DNA of 53,084 bases, the filler included, from Stramenopiles sp. TOSAG23-3 (taxonomy: Eukaryota), in the NCBI GenBank assembly GCA_900128585.1. It is 4 parts of 4 records of this genome, joined end to end, with 100 filler letters (N's around TTAATTAATTAA, not from the genome) between each part and the next. Parts side by side here need not be neighbours in the genome. Positions count along the whole stretch, not along the records: positions 24,498 to 48,827 come from LT642305.1; 3 more parts are not named here. One strand, written 5' to 3'. Every line of letters begins with the position of its first letter. Within the stretch, counting starts at the first letter, position 1. This document shows positions 29,593 to 38,436 of the stretch, piece after piece. The translations under genes and the position numbers were made by a program. The notes under the pieces were generated by a model. It was given only the letters and a program-made list of their open reading frames with translations. It was not told the origin of the DNA and searched no databases.

Positions 29593-31372
29593 TGTTCTCA
29601 CCGTCAGTCAACAAACCGTTCTGCCCGTCGCCACAAATGCCAATAATATTTCCCTGGGCGGATATATATGGATATCAAACAAAATTCTATATTGTTTAAT
29701 CAGAACGGGGAAGCTTTGCAATCAGATGGACAACAAGTTGTTTCTCACAACCCGGTTCACTTCACTGCTTCATTCTGAACGCTATTTAAATTTGGAGTAA
29801 CGTTTGTAAAGTCGGAGTACTATATTATCTTTTTTTGTTCTAGTTGTTTTAGCTTTTATTTTTTAGCTCTTCCTATAATAATAATAATAATTAGATTGTG
29901 TTATTATTTTATTTTTTTGTACAGTATGATACAGTATGTTGCTTTGTTTTTTTGTAGTAAGTAAAATAATAAAATATTTTTTATTTTTTCATCATCATGC
30001 ATTTTGTTTTTTTTTCTTTTTTTTTTGAATAAGAGCTTATAGACCACAGACCACAGCTTTAAAATTTTGAGATTGTTGAATTCGTTAAAAAAAAAAGGGC
30101 TTCACTACACTTGTTATCAGAGAGAGAATACTATTTTTTGTACTTATATAACTCTTTATTCAAATCTTACTTCTTTGATGATGTGTGTGTGTAGTTCGTA
30201 GTTGTAATTGCCACCTAAAAATAACGACCTTCTTCTTCTTCTCGATTATTTATTATTATTTTTTCCCTTGAATGATTGCATTTGCCATCATCAGTTGACG
30301 ACAGCTGACAGCAGTCAATTGTGCCGCACTCACTCTCCACCCAATCGCTTGCTGTAGCTACAGTGCCGGTGTGCCGGTACGAAAAAAACACCAATTCCCT
30401 CCCTCCCTTCTCTTTCCATAGTCGTTTCTAGTTTAAATTATATGCTACAGGCTACAGCAGCAAAATTTCTCTCCCTCAATTGTTATTCCTATGCTGTATC
30501 ATCCTTTTTTCTTTCTAAATCTCTGGTACAATAAGGAAAAGATTATAAGGAAATCTGTATAGATTATGATATGATGATGTAAACAAATCTTCCTTAATCA
30601 TACGTATAGAAATGAACCAAACCAGTGAAATGTAGAATGTGTGGAGTATTTGGTACAGTACTGTGTAATGATAAGTATTTTTAGTGTACTATCAAGTATT
30701 TAAGTATTTAAAAGCAATGAGAATGAATAGTTCAATACAATATATACTGTCTGGTCGTATATTCTACGAGTATATATTCTTCTTCTTCTAAAAAATATAA
30801 TTATATCCTGCTGTGTAGTATTCTACGTATATTAGTAGTCATCTAAGATTTCTCTTCTTGTTTAGTCACCTCCCTCTTCAGCTTTCTTCTAAAAATTAAT
30901 TATAATATGTACGTAGTCGGCTAATAATTCTGTGTTCTGCAGGTGTTCGATGCTGTTTCCCCTCCTCCTCCGTCTCCGCGTCCATTCTTCTTCTTTTTTC
31001 TTCGAAACCACCCATAAATAATAAATAATAATAATAGACTAATAATAATTAATAATAAAAAATAAAATAAAATAATTAAAAAAAATACAATACTACTACC
31101 AAGTAGTATATTATAGTGGATACAGTAAGATATTGTAATAAAAAATTTAAAAAATAGGTTCGCGTTGCGATCAATACAAAACGAATAACTTCGACCTGAA
31201 CGAAACGTTTTTAATGAAATGATCAATTTGCATCCAGTTGATTGAGGGGTACGAGGACAAAGCAAGGTGAGTAGAAAGATTTAGATACTTGTTCTTCGGT
31301 GGACAGCGTTTTGCCCGTCCAAGAAGAAGCTTCCGTCCGACTGCGACGTGTTTGTGCGACTGCAGCTTCGAT

Positions 31373-34300
31373 ATGACGTACAACGGAACGTTCTGCAATT
31401 GTGACCCGGTCGTGTGCTGGGGGGGGAGATGTTTGGAACCAATGGGTAGCTCTGAAGGCCTGCAGTGCATTTATAACTACCGGTGCTTTCTTGAACAAGA
31501 CACCGGCGCAATATTGTGGACGGCCGTCTTGATTGGGGTTGGTTATCTTTTCTGCATGTTCATAGCGTTAAGGCTCCTTTACTTAGAGTGCACGACGTCG
31601 ACCAAGCGCCTGTTCGACCGCTGCGATGACTTCACCGTCACGATGATATCCTCCGCCCTCGCGAACATCATCAGAGGGCTCATCGTCGTCTTAAAAAAGG
31701 TGGATTACAAGGGAACTTCCCTAATAATTTTTGAAGCAGTTTGTGAGGCGTTTTACGTCACCATTGCCCTATACATTATACGGTTCAGTAGGAACATGAC
31801 GACCCATATCATCCGAGAGAAGACGTTTGCGATAAAGTGGCTGGGGAGAATACGGCGGTACAACGCTGGCATTGTCCTCTTGATATTTTTTCGGATGATT
31901 GCCCGGCTGGTGGCGCCCGAATCAGCTGCAGCGGACGCGTCGCTGCGGATTGCCTTGTCGGCAATCTTCACTTTCATTTTCGCACTTGCGTTCGTCATGG
32001 TGCGAGACACGCGAAAAACAATATCAAAAATGGTAGCCACGAGGAAGGAAGGAGATGACATCTTGAACAGAATCCACATGGTAAATAACTACATTGTGGG
32101 CATATTTTTGCTGTTCGTCCTCTGGGCGCTGTCCTGGATCATCCGCACGGGGCTCAACCTCCCTGGAGATCCGCGAGATACCGACGGCAAGCAAACGAGC
32201 ATAAAGGATCGCGATCCGATTGGTTGGAATTTAAGCAACCTTCCCAGCGAAATTTTTGAACTAGGGACTTTCTTTTGCATTACGTACGCTATTGCGTTCA
32301 TCAAAGACCAAAAGCGTGGTGGTCATCGACATACCCCAAAGCACGATGTCGCCAAGCCCACCTTGCACAAAAAGTCTAAGGCCAGGTCGGTGAAAAAGAT
32401 GTCAGACATGATCGTCCACGAGAACAAACTTCGCAAGGCGACGCAGAAACCGATAGTGAACACTCAGCGCTCGTCGATAGCAGAACCCGAGAGCTTGGCG
32501 CATTTGTCATCTTCGTTGGACATGAAAAAGGAGGAATTCTTGAAAACGATCCAGTTGTTTAATCAACTGCCAAGCCGACACTTTGAGCACATAGTGCAGA
32601 GCATCCAAACTCAAGATTTTGCCATGGGGCAAGTAATCGTGCACCAAGGGGACTCGAAGAACAATTGCATGTACATAGTAAAGACAGGGTCGGTTTGGTG
32701 TAGGATAAAAGAGACGAGGACAACCAGTGCCAGAAAACTATCCACTTCGGCGAGGAAAATTTCCGTCTCGGAAAGGTCGAGAAAATCGTCTGTCGGCGAT
32801 ATTGCCGATGCCGCTGGTGCGGTGGTTGCGAAGTTGGGAGCCGGGGATGTGTTTGGAGAGCAGTCCATCATGAAGAAACAGCCCCGAGCCGCTACCTGCA
32901 TTTCGATGAGCCCGGGCACTACTTGCTTCGTGCTATCTGGGGACGATTTCTCCACCGTCTTGTCGTCTGGTGTTGATACAGGAGGGCACGATGGAATCAA
33001 GCGCCGAAAATCCATTGCGATGAATGCGACCGCTGTGTGTTGGAGCTACCGTGGCGATAGCCTTGCGCTGGCTACGTACGCAAGCAATCTGCAGCACCTG
33101 TACAAAACAACGAGGGAAAGCCGGGCTGCGCAACAAAGGCAGAGCATTGCGGACACAGTAGCGACCCCAAGCTTTGCTTTCAACCCAGACGACACGGACC
33201 TGCAGTTTTCCCCGGTGTCCAAACGAGCCCCAGAGGTGGACATTGATGAGGTGCTGTTGGCTGCAGTAGAAGAAGAGGGCGAAGGGGAGGACGAGGTGCA
33301 ACAATTCAGAAGCAACGGTCTGTACACGTGTTCATGGGAAGAAATGTCCGGAAACCTAAGCACGGACAGGACTGTCCGACCGATGGGCCGGCAGACTAAG
33401 AGCAGCACCATCACGAAGTGGGTGGAGGATTCTGTAACCGTCAGAGGAGGTCTTGACAGTGTCGGTAACAAAAGGATGGCGGAAATAAGTGGAAAGTACC
33501 AGTTGGAGTTTCTGGGCTTGATCGGCCCGGAATTAACCGCTCGTGACATTTTGCAGCGCCTGATGTTGTACTTGAAAAAGGCGGTGGAATGTGACGACGT
33601 TACGATATCGTTGCCGTACTACAAAGATGGCACTCTCATGGCTACGGAATTTTCGACCTCGGATCCGACAACTGCCGTAGAGCGGCACTTCATAGGCATA
33701 AAACGGACAGTGGCGGTCTCGGAGCGGTTCGTATACGAAGGCACTGCCCTGTCGCACCCGGACTTTGATCCGAAAGACCCCACCATGCACAGTTCTGGTA
33801 CCCAAGCTGTCATTGCCCTCCCAGGGTTTTCAGACGGCTGTTTTCGAGCGGACCACTTGTTTTGCAACCTGTGGGACGGTGTGTCTCAAGTGGCCGAACA
33901 CGAAAAACAAAATAGCAAGGACTACTCGGATTTGACGGTGACAGAAAGCCCTAGGTACGTTGTCCAGCTTACCCGTGCAAGTGGGGCCTTCGCGCCCGTG
34001 GAAGTTGTGATCGTGGAGGCCCTCGTTCTGAGTGCTGCGACATCGTTAAAATATGACGAACTAATGGCGTGCACTCCAAACGAGGAAATCACGGAGTCTC
34101 ATCGGTCGGTTCGGGAGGCATTCCAAGTAAAACTTAACTACTTGGTAAATTGCGAAGATCTGTTCCAGCACGTGCATGGGGCTGGGACGCCGGGGAGGTG
34201 GTGCTGCAGTGGGAATTCAGAGTTTATTGTTCGTATGAATGTGTGGCCCTACACGGGCTCTGGGTGCACGGCAGACTCCCCTTCTTTGCTCGGTGCGGGG

Positions 34301-36532
34301 AACAAAACCCTTTTTCAAACTCCGCGGTTGACCGTGGAAGCAAAAATGCTTACTGATGGGGATGGGGGAAGCTTTTCTGCGCTAGAAATCGATTGTTGGA
34401 TCAACGCGCTCCGGAACATTGCGGACATCCCTCTGTCATCGTTCGTTACGTTTGAGATCGTTTCCAACTATGAATTTGATGCCCTTGCGTGGTGCGGGTG
34501 CTTTCTGTACGATTACGAAAAACGGTTTATCAGCGGTCAGATGGAGCTGCCTCTGACGCTTGGGGCATTGCCTGGAAAGATCTTTCCGTCGATGCTGAGC
34601 TCTCCAACGCAGCAAGATCTTGACGACCCCGAATTGGCGAAACAGAAAATGCTGGTAGTACAGTTTGAAGAAAAGGAAGCAATCACAGTATACACTGAGC
34701 CATGGAGCTCGTGCTTGTCGCACACGAAGCATCAGCATTTGCGGGCTGGTGCCGATGCCGAAGAGTCGCCCGAGGCAAGGATGCCTACAAAGTTTGAAAA
34801 AATCGTCAGCATCGACACTTTGCTGGCAGAGTGCTGCCTCAATCCCGACTTGTCGGAAAAATCTGCGCAACTAATTCGAAGGCACGTTGGTGAGCTGAAG
34901 ATGATCCCAAGGGCCCTACCTCTCATTGTCAAAGCTGTCGATCCCACGGCAAAGAATGCGATTCGAACAATGCACAAGACCATTAGGCGCTGGGGTCCGA
35001 TCAGTATCGATACCGCCCTTGTTCTGCTGACTTCGAATGACCCTGTTGTCCGTGCATTTGCAGTCGAACGGTTGGACGATATGTTGGATAATAGAAACAT
35101 GTGCATGTACATGCTCCAACTGACACAAGCGTTGAAGTTGGAAGTATGCCATGACTCTGCCCTGGCCCGATTCTTGCTGCGAAGGTCAATACAGCGTCCT
35201 ACTGTGGTGGGGCACTCTCTCTACTGGGGCTTGCAGGCCGAAATGCACAGGGCCGAAGCCACTGAACGCTACGGGCTTCTGATCAGTATATTTTTGCGCC
35301 ATTGCGGGGACTACCGCAACGGTATCGGCCACCAATGTTTCTTTATGCAAAAACTGAACAGTGCGCAAAAGGAAATAAAAGCCATACCATCTAAAAAGGC
35401 GCAAAAGAAGAGGATAGGTGGAGTCCTTGAGGAGCTGGGTACTGTTCTGCCCGACGCCTTCAAGCTCCCCCTTCGTGGGAACGTAGTTATTGCCAGCATT
35501 ATACCGGAAAAATGCAGGGTAATGAGCTCGAAGATGAAACCAATATGGCTGACGTGCAGGACGAGGGTTCCAAAAGATCAGACGTATAAAGTTTTGTTTA
35601 AGGCCGGCGATGACCTGCGGCAGGACCAACTCACGCTTCAGCTGCTGTCTATTATGGACACGCTGTGGAAAGAGGAAAACTTGGACCTGATGATGTCCCC
35701 ATATGGCTGCGTGGCCACTGGCGACGAAGTTGGGCTGATTGAAATTGTCCCCAATGCCAACACAGTGGCGGCGGTACTGGCATGCATGGGAGACGAGTCT
35801 CGAGAGCGTCCGAAAGAGGTGAAGCTCATCGACGCGGCGATGGGGACGACCATGGAAACCAAATTTTCTGTCAGGCGGTGGCTGTATTTGAAAGAAAATC
35901 CTGGGATGGAAGACCCGGCCTTGTCCAGTAACAACCAAATAATTACTTCCGTGATGGACGACATCGAACAGCGGGCCCTCCTGGAGGAAATGTATCCACT
36001 CTCTGAAGGCGCACAGAATAGGTTTATGCGCTCGTGCGCGGGCTACTGCGTTGCGACCTATGTTCTAGGGATTGGGGATCGCCACCCATCGAACTTAATG
36101 GTCACTAGCGATGGGCGTTTTCTTCACATCGATTTCGGCCACTTTTTAGGGAACTTTAAAACTAAGTTTGGGTACAAACGAGAAACTGCCCCCTTCGTGT
36201 TTGTGCCCCAGTTTGCAGCGGTTTTTGGGGGCGAATATACGGAGGGAAACCCGAATCCGAAGTATGTGGAATTTGAAGAAATATGCTGCAAAGCGTTCAA
36301 TATTCTTCGATCGAAGTTCACACTAATTTCCTCGCTGTTTGCCCTTATGATATCGTCCGGGTTGCCAGAATTGCGTGGGTTCAACGATTTGAAGTGGCTC
36401 CACGACAAGATGTGCCCCGAGAAGAGTGATTTAGAAGCGAGCACGATAATGAAGAAATGCATTGAAGAAAGTTTGAACAACGAAAGGACACAAATGAACA
36501 TATTTGCACACCTACAGAAGCACTATTCTTGA
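31373..36532 (+). CDS. 7TM (GPCR-like)-cNMP-binding-GAF-like-C2-helical-phosphoinositide 3-kinase fusion protein
   Basis: Seven hydrophobic helices ~31505-32302; cNMP domain (GQVIVHQGD...MYIVKTG...FGEQSIMKKQPRAAT) ~32530-32962; GAF-like ~33530-34050; PIK helical (VRAFAVERL, LQLTQALKLE, GHSLYWGLQAE); kinase (SKMKPIW, FKAGDDLRQDQL, GIGDRHPSN, HIDFGHFLGN, KRETAPF). The frame is open from about 31289; first ATG is 31373. Confidence 0.9.
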   Translation: MTYNGTFCNCDPVVCWGGRCLEPMGSSEGLQCIYNYRCFLEQDTGAILWTAVLIGVGYLFCMFIALRLLYLECTTSTKRLFDRCDDFTVTMISSALANIIRGLIVVLKKVDYKGTSLIIFEAVCEAFYVTIALYIIRFSRNMTTHIIREKTFAIKWLGRIRRYNAGIVLLIFFRMIARLVAPESAAADASLRIALSAIFTFIFALAFVMVRDTRKTISKMVATRKEGDDILNRIHMVNNYIVGIFLLFVLWALSWIIRTGLNLPGDPRDTDGKQTSIKDRDPIGWNLSNLPSEIFELGTFFCITYAIAFIKDQKRGGHRHTPKHDVAKPTLHKKSKARSVKKMSDMIVHENKLRKATQKPIVNTQRSSIAEPESLAHLSSSLDMKKEEFLKTIQLFNQLPSRHFEHIVQSIQTQDFAMGQVIVHQGDSKNNCMYIVKTGSVWCRIKETRTTSARKLSTSARKISVSERSRKSSVGDIADAAGAVVAKLGAGDVFGEQSIMKKQPRAATCISMSPGTTCFVLSGDDFSTVLSSGVDTGGHDGIKRRKSIAMNATAVCWSYRGDSLALATYASNLQHLYKTTRESRAAQQRQSIADTVATPSFAFNPDDTDLQFSPVSKRAPEVDIDEVLLAAVEEEGEGEDEVQQFRSNGLYTCSWEEMSGNLSTDRTVRPMGRQTKSSTITKWVEDSVTVRGGLDSVGNKRMAEISGKYQLEFLGLIGPELTARDILQRLMLYLKKAVECDDVTISLPYYKDGTLMATEFSTSDPTTAVERHFIGIKRTVAVSERFVYEGTALSHPDFDPKDPTMHSSGTQAVIALPGFSDGCFRADHLFCNLWDGVSQVAEHEKQNSKDYSDLTVTESPRYVVQLTRASGAFAPVEVVIVEALVLSAATSLKYDELMACTPNEEITESHRSVREAFQVKLNYLVNCEDLFQHVHGAGTPGRWCCSGNSEFIVRMNVWPYTGSGCTADSPSLLGAGNKTLFQTPRLTVEAKMLTDGDGGSFSALEIDCWINALRNIADIPLSSFVTFEIVSNYEFDALAWCGCFLYDYEKRFISGQMELPLTLGALPGKIFPSMLSSPTQQDLDDPELAKQKMLVVQFEEKEAITVYTEPWSSCLSHTKHQHLRAGADAEESPEARMPTKFEKIVSIDTLLAECCLNPDLSEKSAQLIRRHVGELKMIPRALPLIVKAVDPTAKNAIRTMHKTIRRWGPISIDTALVLLTSNDPVVRAFAVERLDDMLDNRNMCMYMLQLTQALKLEVCHDSALARFLLRRSIQRPTVVGHSLYWGLQAEMHRAEATERYGLLISIFLRHCGDYRNGIGHQCFFMQKLNSAQKEIKAIPSKKAQKKRIGGVLEELGTVLPDAFKLPLRGNVVIASIIPEKCRVMSSKMKPIWLTCRTRVPKDQTYKVLFKAGDDLRQDQLTLQLLSIMDTLWKEENLDLMMSPYGCVATGDEVGLIEIVPNANTVAAVLACMGDESRERPKEVKLIDAAMGTTMETKFSVRRWLYLKENPGMEDPALSSNNQIITSVMDDIEQRALLEEMYPLSEGAQNRFMRSCAGYCVATYVLGIGDRHPSNLMVTSDGRFLHIDFGHFLGNFKTKFGYKRETAPFVFVPQFAAVFGGEYTEGNPNPKYVEFEEICCKAFNILRSKFTLISSLFALMISSGLPELRGFNDLKWLHDKMCPEKSDLEASTIMKKCIEESLNNERTQMNIFAHLQKHYS

Positions 36533-37065
36533 ACTTTCGGTTTGTGTCCCCGGATCCATCAGCTAGAAATGCAGCATGTCCTGTGTGAAAAAATATAAAC
36601 TACTTCGTACGAGAGTAACATTTTATTAATTTATCTATAACTATATAATTTGTGTTTTTTTACTAATTTATCTCATTGAATCATTTTAATTTTAGCTTTT
36701 TTTTTAAAAACTAATTCAGATTATCTAGTTATAACATAAAATATTTTCATTTGATTGTAAACCTGAGAACAATTTTATAATATTCTTTTTAAAAAAAGAC
36801 ACAACTGTTACTTTTTAAATATTAACGTAAATTTAACGAAAGAAAACAAACCAAATAGAGATACACTGGAATTTTCCTCTACCGTGAGGCGCAGCCTGCA
36901 ACGCGATTGTTTCTTAATTTGTCCTTCGAAGTTGTCTGTTTGCGTGCTCCCTCTCGTTTTGATATTTTACCCATGCATATATCTACTTCGTACTAACGGC
37001 AACACTTCGTGAGACCCCGGAAGGTTGCCAGCGAGCCCTTCCTCCGTAGCGATCTGCTTCCGGGA

Positions 37066-37455
37066 CTACTCGCACAGCCAGGCGATTGCTTCCTTTGAAC
37101 CATTCTCATCGCCAAATACTGCAAGCAAGTACAACTCTAAAGCGGCACGCCTTCTTTCCAAAAACTCGCCAGAAATTGACCCGTGGGGACTGCACGTTTT
37201 CGGGGGCAGTTGTATGGACGTGCACAACCTCTGCTGCCTCAAACGCTTGCTTAATTGAACAAACTGACTATAACGCTTTTCTACTATCTTCTTCTCATTC
37301 CCAAATTTTATCAAAATATGGTACATTGCAATGCCACTTTGGGTGTCTACTAAGTGAATACTAGCGGTAAAATGGTCTGGCCCAAAACGGGGACTCCAGG
37401 AGTCTTCCGGAAAATATATAGAGCAAGGTAAGGATAGAGACAGATTGGCAGACAT
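37066..37455 (-). CDS. Small PX (phox homology) domain protein
   Basis: YHILIK...VEKRYSQFVQL...LPPK...FLERRRAALELYL matches the PX signature (R/K)RYSxF...LPPK...ERR..LE.YL. Confidence 0.85.
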   Translation of the reverse strand: MSANLSLSLPCSIYFPEDSWSPRFGPDHFTASIHLVDTQSGIAMYHILIKFGNEKKIVEKRYSQFVQLSKRLRQQRLCTSIQLPPKTCSPHGSISGEFLERRRAALELYLLAVFGDENGSKEAIAWLCE

Positions 37456-38436
37456 GTTTGTTGCGTTAACTCTATTTTTTTTCTACAAAGTTCGGATGTT
37501 TCTAAAGTAAACCTGAGGTGAAATCTTCCAATAATTACAAACGTTCCCGGAAAAGAATTCTGGGGCCATTTTCGTAGAAAAAAACGAAAAAAGAACAACA
37601 ACGAAGGAAGTCCTGACGACGACGGAAGAAGAGCACCCGCCCGTACCGGTATTTATACAACAAAAAAGGAAAGAAGAAGAAGAAGAAAAAAAAGAAAGAA
37701 GAAAGAAGTAGAAGAAGTTTTTTTTTATTTTTTGTTATTTATTACTTCTTTCTACGTCATACAGTACTGTTATGTTATTTTTATTTTTTTTAATTATTCT
37801 ATTGTGTACTCACATCATTGGGGAAGATATTTTTATTGTATTATTATTTTAATTATAAGTACGAGTAGAGCTAATTTATTAGGAATGAGAAAAAACAGTT
37901 AAAATCACGTTTACAGAAGGAATCCAATCGTTTCTAGTTGCTGTATTTTATTATAGCCAATAATACAATGTTTTATAGTTATAATTGTTTTATAATTCCC
38001 TATGTGAATATGTTTTCCAGCTCGTAAAAGAATGAGGTTCACATTCCTTCTTTATTTATTGATTCATTTAAAAAAGGGGGGGGGATGTCACAATAAGAAG
38101 GACAATAAGAAGATAATAAGGAATTTTTTAAATATATATAAATAGTATTGTAAATTTACTTATAATGATATCGATGTAGCTCTACCTTCGTATTCTCATA
38201 GTTAATTTTAATTTATTATACTTATGTACGCACAGCGATATAATGACATCTAATTGTCACACCCGTTCAAGGAATCGTTTATGCAACAACGGACTAAGTG
38301 AGTGTGTGTGTGTCAGAGGGACGGAACTATTTAGATTTCTCAAAAATTACGCACTGTTTAATTGAAAGAATCAGAAATTAGATCACGTTTTATTTTGTTC
38401 CAATTTGGATTCCTGTGGCTGGTTTGATACAAAAAG

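Noticed and set aside
29800..31280. Long intergenic region as an ncRNA or mobile element
   Set aside because: Only simple AT-rich and microsatellite sequence; no tRNA/rRNA structure, terminal repeats or transposase remnants seen.
31267..31306. Possible GTGAGT...CAG intron adding an upstream exon or signal peptide to the 7TM-PI3K
   Set aside because: The nearby upstream ATGs hit stops before the donor, so no convincing exon could be built; left unresolved without RNA data.
35186..35938. 250-aa minus-strand ORF and other long antisense ORFs inside large genes (e.g. 7135-7956)
   Set aside because: Fully nested opposite well-supported conserved genes, with no recognisable motifs.
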